63,881 bases of DNA, filler included, from Collodictyon triciliatum (GCA_043381765.1; 15 parts of 15 records of this genome joined end to end with filler, not necessarily neighbours in it), one strand, 5' to 3'. Shown: positions 35,767 through 48,378, counted from the whole stretch's first letter. The notes: a model not told the origin generated them from the sequence alone. Program-made: numbers and translations.

Positions 35767-36672
35767 GTGACATCTATTTGCATCCATTCAAATCAAACTG
35801 CAGACCCCGTTTTCTTCTGGGAATATGACACAAAAACGCAAGCAACAGAGGCCATTAATCGCATTCAGAGGTACAAAGAGCTTGTGCTATCTGCCAAGGC
35901 TGCAAATGGAGATGAAAGTCGGGTGACCCGCTCTTTTGCTCTTGTTGAATCTCGCTGGGGCTACTTTTACCTAATGATCTCCTATCTGGTTTTGATCCTA
36001 CTTTGCTTCACTCTGGTGCCATGCTATGAAATCCTCACGTTTGACTTTGACCGGAATACCATCTTTATTGGCCAGTACAATATATTTGGGTTGTCTATCC
36101 TGCATTGCAACAGAAATAAATTGCAACCAAGAGATATACTGGACTTCCATGAGCACGTCATGGAGCATCGCGATAGGTTTAACCAAGTGGTCAAGCGCTA
36201 TGGCATCCAACTCCGCTTCGCTCGAACCCCACAGTTTGCAGATGAGATTGACGTAACCCTGCTGTGCGGGCAATTCTATTTGTCATACCAAGACATCTCT
36301 GGGACCCTCGCAGACTTGAACAAATGCCACCATGCTATTCTCCTGGGCAAGTACACGCATACTTTCGCGGAGTCCCTTTCAGCCCCGAGTCCTGATGACC
36401 AAGAAGGCTCTGCCGATTCGACGCCGTTGGAAGAGGAGGCGCTTGTCCACGAGCGGGAATGCGATGCAGCTTCGGCGATATCTACCTCACAACACTTGAC
36501 ACGCATCCGCTCTCGACTTGGCTCGTGCATTGTCTGTGCCTCAGCCTCGGGCTCTGTTGCATTCCTTCCGTGTGGCCATGCGTGTACCTGCTTTCAATGC
36601 GCCTACGGTGTCTCAGTGTGTCCCGTTTGTCGCACGAGCGTCACGTTTAGGCAGCCCATCACAGTCTCCTAG
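35767..36672 (+). CDS. Membrane-anchored C-terminal RING (C3HC4, IAP/MGRN-like) E3 ligase; terminal exon
   Basis: Acceptor TACAG at 35766. TM segment YFYLMISYLVLILLCFTLV. RING CIVC...VAFLPCGHACTCFQCAYGVSVCPVCR immediately before the TAG stop. Confidence 0.88.
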   Translation: MTSICIHSNQTADPVFFWEYDTKTQATEAINRIQRYKELVLSAKAANGDESRVTRSFALVESRWGYFYLMISYLVLILLCFTLVPCYEILTFDFDRNTIFIGQYNIFGLSILHCNRNKLQPRDILDFHEHVMEHRDRFNQVVKRYGIQLRFARTPQFADEIDVTLLCGQFYLSYQDISGTLADLNKCHHAILLGKYTHTFAESLSAPSPDDQEGSADSTPLEEEALVHERECDAASAISTSQHLTRIRSRLGSCIVCASASGSVAFLPCGHACTCFQCAYGVSVCPVCRTSVTFRQPITVS

Positions 36673-36963
36673 TCCGTCCCGTAAACCGTCAAGAGATCGG
36701 ATTTGGAGTAGGAAGGAAAGGCAAAGGAAGAAAGATAGAGAGGAGAAATGGAAGAAAAAGAAATCATGGAAGAACAAGAACAACAAGAACAAGAACAAGA
36801 AGAGAAAAAATCACATAAAATGATGTAATATATAGAGATACATGGATTGGAGAGTAAGGAGACGAGCCTATGTCCAAAATCTTATTTTAGTTATTTTATT
36901 TTTATTTTTTTTATTTTGTTCGAAGCATAGTATGGTTTTGTTTTTGTTTTTGTTTTATCCGCT

Positions 36964-39770
36964 TTATGTCTTGTCTGTGATTGGTGGGACAACGATGTTC
37001 CAATCTTCATGTTCATCCGCATCGTTGGGCTCTGGTGGAGATTCTGTATCCTCAACCACATTCGACAGAGAAACCTCTTTCGTGTGTGCTTCGCTTGGTC
37101 CCGCCGCTTCACGAGAGGATTTTGGAGCGTGGACAGTATCGACCGGAGAACAGCTTTCTGAGTGCGGCGAAGGCGGATGCTCGAGCTGCAGCAGAAAATC
37201 TTGGACGTCGGCCACCTTCAATATGGAAGCGCTCTCCTTTCTGGTGTTTTTTCTTCTTGTAGAGGATACAGGCAAAACTAGCAAGGAAGAATATTTGCCG
37301 GGTGAATAACCTGATAGACCTAACCCACCCTTCTGTCCTTATCTAATTTATCGATACATGAAATAATGCAGGGGAGAAAATGAGAAAAGACCCAAAGACT
37401 GGTGATGAAATAAATATGGGACCAGCAGGTCTTTGGCCAAAGTGTATGTCAATTATATGTATGCGGGTGCATTGGAGGAAAGAAGGAGAAAGTCCTTTGG
37501 AAAGAAGCTCTTACGACTTCCAGGAGACCCTTGTGACTGCGGTGGCTCGAACTTGGGCGCACTGCTTTCCTGGCGTTCATACTTACTGCCTTCTATGTCA
37601 CTTGCCGCACCAAGAGTGCTGTGCTCCACTCTGCCAATTGACGCAGGAGATGATGACCCAGAGTCTAATGATATTGCTTCTGGAGCTTGTTTGCTGGGGG
37701 CGATTGACCCAAGAAAATCGCTATATGACCTTGATTTAATTTTTGCTTGGGTCTGACCAAGGTATCCTTTCATCGCACTCCATCCTTTCCCGCTAGCCAC
37801 TAGAAGATGGCTGGACATTTCGGCTGCCTTCTTCGTTATACTAGCTTTTGATTCCACGGATCCATCATTATGGGCCTCAATCGCTGGATTGATGTCGTTT
37901 GATGGTTGCTCTTGGGTGCTATCTAGATTGGATATATCTTGATTTACAGGTGATGAATCCGCGTGGTAGAAATCAATCTCTGTTGGTTGCATCTTCGATT
38001 CGTGCTCTGTGCTAGTAGATGCTGTTGTTGGGGCTTGGGTAGGCGATGGACCAATTTCTTTCTTGATCGAGGACACAGCCGATGACCAGCCACTATGCAA
38101 GGAGGACCACCCCTTTCCGCTGGACACTCTCAGCCGCTCGATGATTTGTGATTCTTGGAGCTTTGTGGCTGCTGTTGATGCAGCTCTCTTGGACGACGTT
38201 GTCAAAAGCTGAATACCTTCATCGCGGTTGATTGTTCCGATCAGTGTCGATTGGGAGGAACAAGAATAATTGTTTCAATTTATAGCAGAATATATTTATT
38301 ATCAAAAATATTCACCCACGTCAATCGGAGTGAGATAATGTTTGGCTCATATATTAAAGAAGAATATAGAGTTGGCTATAGTTAAAAACTCATTAAGTGT
38401 AACACTTCTTTAGAAAGTGTCCATGAAGCAAGGATTTAACCTTTTTGCATCGATTCTACGGATATGTCTACATTGAATCTCAAAATATCATCATCGTCAG
38501 TGTGTTCATGAGACTCGACACTTTGGCCAGCTAGATCGACCTCAGCGCTTGAGTAGGTATGATGCCCACTCTTTTCTGAACTGAATACACTTGCCCTATG
38601 ATAAAAGAAAAAAAGAATACGGCATTCATTTTAGTATTATTTAAGTGATATCTTTGACGAATGTGACCTAAGGGTATTTTTTTCCATTAATATTATTATA
38701 TACGAAAGACTTCGGCACAGTATAATACTACGATAAAAGAAGACATACATCATTCCTGTCAAGTGCGAAGAGTCAAAGGACATTATACTTTTCTCCGAGT
38801 GTGCGTTTATAGAAGCGTCTTTGAGTTCATCCGGCCCTTTGTTTACTTTTGCTTTCAAGCTTTCTCTATTTTCGAAAAAAAAAAGGCATTAGGGTGAGGG
38901 TTGTAATACTCGCAATTGATTTAACTATACTTTGCTGGCGGTTCTCCTCTCTCGTAAATGTTAAGATAGAACAAAATATGGAATATAAAACTTTTAAACG
39001 ATATACTCATATTGTAAAGTTTTCTTCTCCCTTCAAATTAGTACAAGCAAAATGTCGACATATACTAATATATAGCGTAACTAGGATGTTTAAGCCTTTA
39101 AATACTGTAAGGATACCAAAAAAAAAAAAATTGCTTATCACCTGTAGAGAGTGGAAAGGTTACTCTTGTACTTATCGACACTCTTCGTCTCAGTTTTGAT
39201 ATCTTGCTTTCTGAGATAATCTAAGAACTCCTTATTGCCTCCCAGTTCCATGTATCGCATTTGGTGTGGAGTCCACTTGTCCATCGTGAGAGAGCGTACG
39301 AGACTATAATTATAGGGAAATGACGGAACGAATTAAAAACTAGCCTAATGGTATGAATATTTTAATCAATTATTCTACGATATTGTAGATATTTGGTTTA
39401 TTGGGCTGTGAGCTAGTTGACTTTGCAGAAGGTATATGGTGTTGTGGAAAAAAGAGAATATTAAAAAAAAAAAAAAAAAGGAGCAATATTTGAATACCAA
39501 ACCTGGTCAATAGAATGTAAATTGACTTACCTTATCTGCACCCCTAAGGTTCTATGCTCTACAGAACATTCAAGACATATGAATATGCCGTTGTTCACTA
39601 ATTAAATTATTTGCTTTTTTTTAGGAAAGCCTATTTAATTATTAAATGAGCAAGACGATGTCCTGTTTCTTAAGCTTCACAATATCCAGGTGAAAGATAT
39701 ATAAAATAGTATGTGGCCGAAGCAGACCAGAAGCCCACTGCGGGTTGGGACTAGAGCAGTCAACACAATG
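36964..39770 (-). CDS. ArfGAP1/Gcs1-like ADP-ribosylation factor GTPase-activating protein; 5' partial
   Basis: Exons 39728-39770 (HCVDCSSPNPQWAS), 39531-39597 (VNNGIFICLECSVEHRTLGVQI) and 39142-39303 (SLVRSLTMDKW..MELGGNKEF). Further exons at 38749-38865, ~38440-38595, ~37515-38216 (GKGWSS repeats) and 36964-37311. Confidence 0.9.
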
Positions 39771-40217
39771 CTAAAATGTTAATTTAAATAAATAAATTAA
39801 ACTTCAAATACTATCAGTAGTGTAAAAGCGCGGGGTTGGCAGTTTAGGTAAGCTTAAGTGTGGTTCTAGAACAGAAAAATAGCGGCAGATTTTTGGTAGT
39901 TGTGATCGATCCTCTTTGTTTTTTTTTTTTTTGGTTTTTTTGGTTTTTTTGGTTTTTTTGGTTTTTTTTGTTTTTTTTGTTTTTTNNNNNNNNNNNNNNN
40001 NNNNNNNNNNNNNNNNNNNNNNNNNNNNNTTAATTAATTAANNNNNNNNNNNNNNNNNNNNNNNNNNNNNNNNNNNNNNNNNNNNAAATAAAAAAAAGGG
40101 GAAGAGAAAAGAAAAAAAATAAATAAAAAAAAAGAAACGAAGCCAAGAGAAAAAATATGGGATAAATTAATTATTTTTTTTTATAAAAAAAAAAAAAAAG
40201 AAGCACAAAATACGTAC

Positions 40218-40664
40218 TATAATAAGTGCGATGTTGTTCTGTAAAATGGATATCCATTCCTGTTTATCTTGCTCATTTTCTGCTTGGAAGTAGAAGCTAC
40301 GGTAAAATAGAGGAAAACATAGCCAAAAAATAAGAATTTTTTTTTTGTCATGAGTACAGTGCCTATGTTCACCACTAAAAACAATAAAGGGCGCATTTCT
40401 TTACAATAAAAAAAGAAATGATAAGGAAAAAGATAAAGGATTCTTAAGAAGAAAATACAATACAGGATTGTATTCAACCTTCTGTTTTGCCTCATCGATA
40501 CGAGTTCGAAACAATGATATTTGTCTATAGCTTTTGGTGCATCCTTTACTGAAGATAACATTAATGGAATCGAGCCGGCTGGCGTAGAATCCTTCGAGTT
40601 TTTAAAATATAAAAGACATCCATCTCTTATTGTGCACCAACGCCTCTTCCAATCTCCTACAACG
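40218..40664 (-). CDS. Two exons encoding a PH domain; partial gene
   Basis: Exon 40479-40664 (GDWKRRWCTIRDGCLLYFKNSKDSTPAGSIPL..HCFELVS) splices in frame to exon 40218-40296 (SFYFQAENEQDKQEWISILQNNI). Confidence 0.88.
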
Positions 40665-41274
40665 CTACAGTTTTATGAGCCAAAATAGACCAAATAAGCG
40701 AATTAGATTTCGCTCATACCCAAACTAANNNNNNNNNNNNNNNNNNNNNNNNNNNNNNNNNNNNNNNNNNNNNNNNNNNNNNNNNNNNNNNNNNNNNNNN
40801 NNNNNNNNNNNNNNNNNNNNNNNNNNNNNNNNNNNNNNNNNNNNNNNNNNNNNNNNNNNNNNNNNNNNNNNNNNNNNNNNNNNNNNNNNNNNNNNNNNNN
40901 NNNNNNNNNNNNNNNNNNNNNNNNNNNNNNNNNNNNNNNNNNNNNNNNNNNNNNNNNNNNNNNNNNNNNNNNNNNNNNNNNNNNNNNNNNNNNNNNNNNN
41001 NNNNNNNNNNNNNNNNNNNNNNNNNNNNNNNNNNNNNNNNNNNNNNNNNNNNNNNNNNNNNNNNNNNNNNNNNNNNNNNNNNNNNNNNNNNNNNNNNNNN
41101 NNNNNNNNNNNNNNNNNNNNNNNNNNNNNNNNNNNNNNNNNNNNNNNNNNNNNNNNNNNNNNNNNNNNNNNNNNNNNNNNNNNNNNNNNNNNNNNNNNNN
41201 NNNNNNNNNNNNNNNNNNNNNNNNNNNNNNNNNNNNNNNNNNNNNNNNNNNNNNNNNNNNNNNNNNNNNTGCAG

Positions 41275-41477
41275 AAAATGACCCACTGCCTGCCTGGCTT
41301 ATCAGCTCGCACTTCCTTACCCCGTTGATGACAGCCTATGATGATCGTCTGCATGAACTTCAGCTTCAATGTGATGATTTTCGAAGTCAAGTCCAGATAC
41401 TGAAGAAGCGGGCTGAAGTTGTTGTCGAGGAGAACGGGCGATTGAATAATGAGGTGGGATGGCTATCTCTCTCGCTG

Positions 41478-41530
<53 letters not shown>

Positions 41531-44293
41531 GTGTGTTACAAAGACACCACATTGTTTGAAATTGGGCACTGCGCTCTCCTTGCTCCTCCTGCTTCTAATG
41601 AAAAATCAAATTGATAAGTTTGTCGAACACATGATACTCGGAACCCCAAAATCAAGATGTGGCTTCGAATGCTAGATTTGCTAATAAAGCTGACTGTCCA
41701 GGTGAAAGCACAGCTGGAAACCCTTTTGAGACGTGAAGAAGAGGAGGACACGAAGGCAAACAGACCAGGATATACCGCTCGAGTTTCTGTCGAAGATTGG
41801 TACACTCTCGAGTGAATGAATAACATAACAATAACAATAACAATAACAATAACAATAACAATAACAATAATAATAATACGATAAATATGTAATATAATAA
41901 AGTAAACATTAGCAATCATTAATAAGTGCCCTCTTAATGATAGAACTATTAATGTATAGTGCGTTTGTATGAAAGTCTAAACCTTCTGGTTGACTTTAAA
42001 CCTAACAAATCCATGATTTTCATCAAAGGGACGGACTTCAGGATTACTCTGCCCAATTATCACAAGAAAATGAGGTATAATCATGTTTAACATACATCAA
42101 CCCATCAACCCATCAATCCATCAACCCATCAATCCATCAATCCATTAATAACTCAAGAATAAAATGTAATAGACGCTCTCCGAAGTTGTGGCTTTACAGA
42201 AGAAGCAGATCGAAGCAACATCAACGGAGGCTCGCCGGCTTGAGATCGAAAGTAATCACCATAGAAACACGGGAAATACAAGAAAACGAGGAAAGAAATA
42301 ATATTAGAACGACAACCTCGTAACATTCTCCCAAAATATAATAATACAAACTAATTTCAAACCTGGTGTGTTTTAAATCCCTTACGGTAGATCAAGACCT
42401 AATCAAACTGATTGAAGAGTTAAAAATTGATCTTGAAGAGCGTGACAGAGTTTTGCAAGATATGAGAAATGAAAGGCTCAACATTACTGGACAGCTACAG
42501 ACTTACGTGAATGAGGTAAATTTTAAGTAATTTTAAATTCCGTAATTTTTTTGTTCTGTAATTAAATAAAAATAAAAGGAATAATGCACACGTCTGTATA
42601 TTTTTATATGAACCTCATTATCTATTTAGAATGCAACATTTTGTCGTATTATCTAAAAATTACTTCGATTTCATGTTAAATTTGCAAATATCGAATAAAG
42701 GAAAAAAAATGTTAAATTTGCAAATCTCAAGGTTGAATCTGCCAGAAGAGAACGAGACAGAACACAATCCGAACTGAAAAAACTTAGAGATGACCTCGTT
42801 TCTTCTAATACAAGACTCCCTCCACAAATGCAGACTGAAATAGGGATTATAAGCAAGTAATAGCAAAACGTACTTTTTGTGTACTCTCATTATATGTGTG
42901 ATATCTATGACATTTATTTTGAAATTTTCACTCCAACTTTTAACTGCTATGAGTGTCAATCTTACTATATTTTCAATAATTGCCTTTTTCTTTCTTTCTT
43001 TCTGCAAATGGAAAACTGTCTTAAATGATACCCACTAATCATTCTCGGGATTAGGGGTCTTGAGACTATTATCACGAGACCAACTCAGGTTATTGTGAGG
43101 GACTCCAAAGAACAGGAACTATGGGCAAAACGTGAGCGCGAATTTGCAGTGGCGTCTGAGGCGGTTGAGAACGAGCTGAATTGTTTGTAACCTGGACATC
43201 TACATTTTTTAACTTTACTGTAAAACCCACACCCCGCTATTAACATTTTTTTCTTGAGGTCTGATATAGTAGCCTGAAGACCTTTTTTTTTTGAGACGGA
43301 AGAAAGTAATTCTTAATCAATTTTAATTGCTTTACATTCTACAGCTCTAAGAAATAGACATCGACAAACACTTGCTGAATTGCAGCAAAAAACTAAAGAA
43401 TGCCAAGACTTAATGGAGGTCTATTACTACTTGTATTTCACTTAAGATGTATTTTAATTTCTTTTTTTCTGTTATCCTCACGTGATTCATTTTAAACAAA
43501 AATAAACATGGTACCCAGTCTTGAAAAAGCTCAAAGATATAAATTACTTGTGTTTTTACCATGTATTTATCATTTCAGCTATTTATTTTCCAATAACACA
43601 ATTCTGAAGAATATTTATGTTCATTACTATGAACTTAATTTTATTTGCTTTTTTCTTCCTCTCCACAATCGTTACATCTTGGAAATCATTACTAGTTGAA
43701 ATCTAGTGCCAATTTATCTATTTTATTGTATGGGGGAAAGCACCTTAAACCAAAAAATTTACAAAAAAAAAAAAAACTAAAAGGCATCCATCGCCCTGGA
43801 GAAGAGAATCACAGATGGTCAACAAAGAGAGGTTTCTCTCAGTATGTCCGAACAGGCTGCCCTAGAACTAGTTGAAGAGGCAAAACTGGAGCGGGATCAG
43901 GCTCTGAAGAGGGAAGAACAATCCGTGCGAGAGTGCACTCGATTGAATGACAAGATTAAACTTATCCAATCAGAGTTTCGAGAAAAGATTGACGCTGAAG
44001 TTGCCAGGTAGATTAAGGAATCCAACATATAGTGAAATGTCCCCCTGACATTGAAACACAACAGAATATTAATATCTATGAACGTACTAAGGCCGAAAAT
44101 TTGATTGTTTCATCCTTTGCACTCATGTGTATTCATCTTTTTGTTGTCAGCAATAACTAAGCGATATTTATATATTTAGTATAACCATGCAGAGCAGAGC
44201 CCAAAACAATGCACTTGTAGAAGAGATTAAGTCTCTGGAGTTATCTGTTTCTGATATGCAGGGGAAAATGGAAAGGGCACTACGAGAGAAGAG
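41275..44293 (+). CDS. SCLT1/CEP89-like centriolar distal-appendage coiled-coil protein; multi-exon, partial
   Basis: About 10 exons (41275-41453, 41702-41799, 42029-42074, 42173-42251, 42391-42515, 42732-42856, 43055-43183, 43345-43418, 43784-44007, 44180-44293; some boundaries approximate). Motifs PAWLISSHFLTPLMTAYDDR..VVEENGRL and ELVEEAKLERDQAL..LVEEIKSLELSVSDMQGKMERALREKR. Confidence 0.7.
42673..42725 (+). mobile_element. 19-bp tail-only family A retro-insertion with 17-bp TSD, intronic
   Basis: ATGTTAAATTTGCAAAT at 42673-42689 and 42709-42725 flanks ATCGAATAAAGGAAAAAAA, the extreme 3' end of family A. Confidence 0.8.
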
Positions 44294-44530
44294 GTATGTA
44301 TTTCGTATGTTTGTGTCTTTTGTGTCTTTTGTGTCTTTTGTGTCTTTTGTGTCTTTTGTGTCTTTTGTGTCTTTTGTGTCTTTTGTGTCTTTTGTGTCTT
44401 TTGTGTCTTTTGTGTCTTTTGTGTCTTTTGNNNNNNNNNNNNNNNNNNNNNNNNNNNNNNNNNNNNNNNNNNNNTTAATTAATTAANNNNNNNNNNNNNN
44501 NNNNNNNNNNNNNNNNNNNNNNNNNNNNNN

Positions 44531-44572
<42 letters not shown>

Positions 44573-44638
44573 AAAGTAAAACAAACAAAATCAAATAAAT
44601 AAATAAAAAAAAAAAGAAACAGCGAACCGCAAAGAGGA

Positions 44639-45584
44639 ATGCTGCACCAACTGGGCCGCCGAGCCGGACGCCTTCTTGCAGCTGCACAGCGCCACGCAAC
44701 CATGACAACTGGAACGACAACAACAACAACAACAACTGGAACGACAACAACAACCGGAACAACAAGCGCGCGCCCCACGCGCCGGGTGCCGACCGCGCCG
44801 CGCCTGCCGCTGGTGGTGGCGGCACCGACGGCGCGGATGGAGGGGGGCGTCCGGGCGCCGCCGCGGCACCTGCTTGTGGCGCTGGTGGACAACGAGCCGG
44901 GGGTGCTGAGCAAGATCAGCGGGATGTTTGCGGGGCGCAACTTCAACATCGACTCCCTGACGGTGGGCCGCACAGACACGCCCGCCTTCCGCCGCCTGAC
45001 GATTGTGGTGCGCGCAGACCACACGCAGGTGGCGCAGCTGCAGCGGCAACTGCAGGCGCAGGTCCACGTCTGGAGCGTCGTGGCGCACCCGCTGGAGACC
45101 GCCCTGGAGCGCGAGCTGCTGCTGCTCCGCATCCCGGTCGCCGACCCCGCGCTCCGCTCCCAGCTGCACCACACGCTCGCGCTCCACGGCGCCTCCGTCG
45201 TCGATGTCGGCCCGGACGCCCTCGTCGCCTCCTGCGTGGCCCACCCGGACCGCCTCGAGGCCCTCCTCCGCTCCCTCCCCCGCTTCCGCCTGCCCTTCGA
45301 GATTGCCCGCTCCGGCTCCGTCGCCGTGGCCGCCTGCTGGCCCCTCGCCCCGGCCGCCCTCGCCCGCACCCGCACCCCCGACGCCCCGGCCTACGCCGCA
45401 GACGACGACCCGGCCCCGGACGCCGATCCCGACAACTTCGACGCCTCCCCGAATCTGGTCTGCCGCACACACACACACACACACACACATTACCGCTTCC
45501 TGTCCCTGATTCCTGCCTATCCTCTTTTTTTTTTCTTTCTTCCAGACAGAGAAGGTCGACCCGAGTCTGCTCCCCCCGAGTTAA
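44639..45584 (+). CDS. ILV6: Acetolactate synthase small (regulatory) subunit with probable mitochondrial transit peptide
   Basis: ACT domain HLLVALVDNEPGVLSKISGMFAGRNFNIDSLTVG; ERELLLLRI; FEIARSG. Intron 45458-45545 gives the C-terminus VDPSLLPPS*, similar to the fungal Ilv6 ending LPPG. Confidence 0.92.
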
Positions 45585-45901
45585 ATCTGTCGCCGCCTCT
45601 TGTGCCCTGGTGCCGGGCGTCGGGCGTGCGTGCGGCCTGTTCATACCAATTGTGGATGCTTTTCTTGTCTGCGATTCATCTTCCGCCGGAACGGGCGCCG
45701 CCTCATAAACACCCGTCTCAAGAGCAGCCCCCATACCGATGCAGCCTTCTTGAATTCACCGTGCCCCTGCGGCCCGGCCAACCCCTCTTTCCTCCCACAT
45801 GAAACAGAGAAGGAACCGTCTGAAAGACACTGCCGAGCCTCGTGGCAGTCACCAGCAATAACTAACCAAGAAAATAAGGGGGAGGGAAGAGCGAACAGAC
45901 C

Positions 45902-47552
45902 ATGGCCCAAGCAGACAACTCGTTCCTGCACGTGGAGGGTCTCCGCTATGAGGCGGGTCCGCACAAGACCGTCGTCCTTGACCAGATCAACATCTCTCTG
46001 CCCATTGGCAGCCGCTGCATCCTGGTCGGCCCCAACGGCTGCGGCAAGTCCACGCTGCTCCGCATCTTTGCCGGGAAACACTACGTCGGCCCGATGGGCT
46101 CTGCCAATGCTCGCGTGGCAAAGATATTTTCCAGAAATATATACCACGACCCTCTCCTGACCCCAAGCATAGGCTACATAGCCGAGCGCTGGACTTCCTC
46201 GGGCGACATCGCCACCAGGCAGCTTCTCAAGTCCGAAGTGGATTCCTACCACCGCATCCCAGCCGAAATGCACGCAAGGCTCTGGGCTCTCACAACACCT
46301 GTATGTAGTTTGGTCTTTGGGTCTTTGATTCATTTTGGCTGTGAACGATTTCTTTATTCTGTCATTTTATCATTCAAATACTTTTATTTTATTTTATTTT
46401 ATTTTTTTATTTTTTTATTTTTTTATTTTTTTATTTTTTTATTTTTTTATTTTTTTATTTTTTTATTTTTTTATTTTTTTATTTTTTTATTTTTTTATTT
46501 TATTTTATTTTATTTTTTTTATTTTTTTTATTTTTTTTTATTTTTTTTAAAAGTTCAAAAGTTCCTCACACCAACCTGATAACCACTCTCCTAGGGGGAA
46601 GGTGCCTCTCACACACCAACCTACCCTGTTCTTGACGAGGACCGAATCAACAGCCTTGTGCGTGAGTTGCAAATCTCGCTCAGCTGGAGATACAGCCGCG
46701 TGTCCCTCGGCCAGCAACGAAGAATTCAATTGGCAAAAGGCCTTCTCATTCCTCGACCCATCCTGCTTCTGGATGAAGCCACCACCCAGCTAGACCCCCC
46801 GGCTCGGAGACGTCTGCTGGAGTTTGTGCGCCTAGAGTCTGAAAGATACAGAACTAGCATCGTTCTAGCTACCCACTTGATTCATGGGTTGGCTGACTGG
46901 GCCACTCACATCGCGTGCCTCAACCATGATGGAACACGTCTTGAGACTCACTCGATGAGCGATTGGATCGCCTCCCGTGTTCTCACCGGGCAGTCGAAAA
47001 ATCTCTTGGATTCGCTTCATCTTTGGCTTCGCATTCAATGGGAAGAACACATCCAAGCAGCGCTAAGAAGTAAGGCGGAAGGTAAGCTCAGGTATCACCC
47101 AGTCGAGTTAGACTGGCAATATTTAACTGGTGGATCAAGAAGCGATAACCTCCCAGGTGAAAGGAATGCCCCAGAGGTTCGCAGAGAGAAAGAAAGATTA
47201 ACAGAGCTTGTTCGTGCAGAGGTTGCTGCGCGGCTAGAGGCTTCTGAGGTAAGTTACCACAAGCCATCTCTACTCTCTTATCTACAATATTCCTTCCCAT
47301 CATCACCCCAACCATGTAAATCATATAATAACCAGATATGTGAAAGTGACTTTATTCCAATAAAAAGAAATGTATATATATATATATAGAATAAGAGAGA
47401 GAGAGAGAAAAAATTGGGATAATAAGGCGATAAACTCAAGAGAGAATTAATATATTTTAAAAAAAATATCGACATTAATTCGTGACTATTGACACCCTAA
47501 CCCTTTCTAATTTACATCTACTCTAAACCATCAATAGAAATCAAGCAGCTAA
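45902..47552 (+). CDS. Soluble CAF16/ABCI-like ABC ATPase
   Basis: Exons 45902-46300, 46595-47248 and probably 47538-47552. Walker A GPNGCGKS, signature [16 protein letters not shown], Walker B LLLDEAT and H-loop LATH. No TM domain. Confidence 0.88.
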
Positions 47553-47794
47553 TTCAGCGTTTCGTCTCACAATAAATTGACAGCATGCATCTCTTTTTTC
47601 TTGTTTTTTCTTGTGTTTTTTCTTACATGAAAAGAATCACTACTTCAATAAATCAATCAAAGAAAGAAATTACCAGCCAACTATATCCTTGTATCGGACA
47701 AAAGGGTTCAAAATCTCAACTACTGACTTCATGAACCAATCGTTGTTATGTATCGCCACTGGTGCTCATAAATAGATACATATAAATTTTTGTA

Positions 47795-47828
<34 letters not shown>

Positions 47829-48136
47829 TGTGAGTCGTAAGGTACGAGATGCGTAGAAAAAAATATACATCAACAGAACACTACTCTCAATTCTAGGACC
47901 ATGAAATAATTCATTTATTGATTAAAGCATGTCATTCCAAACTCCTGACCAGACGGGAAGCTCTTGCTGTTCCTTCTTTTTTTCTTTTTTTTTCTTTACT
48001 TTTTTTTTTCCAAAGAGAATTTACCCACCCTTAGCGATGATTTCCATGATGGGTTGTTGGTCACGATTTCGGTAACAACAACAACAACAGTAATTTCAAA
48101 ATCACCAGCTCAACATAACCTAACCCGTCACCCTTC

Positions 48137-48378
48137 TTACTTAGACTTTGCGGGCTGACTTGTAGCTTTCTGAGCGACTGGCGCCGGTGACAACAGAGGC
48201 GGGACTCGTGGCACAGAATCCTTCTTTTGTGGCTGTTGTGGTTGTTGTGGTTGCTGAATCTTCGGGGGTGAATCGTTGTCTCTGTCTGCAGGTACATACT
48301 TCTCTTCCCAACTGTCCAAAAGCTCCACTTCCTTGACCTCCGCTTCATGAATCGCAACCGAGTGTCGCAACGAATGCT
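48137..48378 (-). CDS. Terminal exon of an unidentified protein (P/Q-rich tail)
   Basis: Acceptor TTGCAG, then HSLRHSVAIHEAEVKEVELLDSWEEKYVP...SQPAKSK*. Confidence 0.4.

Noticed and set aside
36964-40664. Joining the PH exons (40218-40664) to the ArfGAP exons as an ACAP/centaurin PH-ArfGAP gene
   Set aside because: They lie on different contigs separated by an artificial spacer, and the GAP is ArfGAP1-type (MELGGN, GWS-rich tail), which lacks a PH domain.
44475-45734. Long antisense and alternate-frame ORFs over ILV6
   Set aside because: Stop-codon scarcity in very GC-rich DNA. The 387-aa + ORF also over-runs the real intron at 45458.
44639-47552. Bacterial-style operon or recent HGT of ilvH plus an ABC gene
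   Set aside because: Both genes have spliceosomal introns. ILV6 has a transit-peptide-like N-terminus and a eukaryote-type LPP(G/S) C-terminus.
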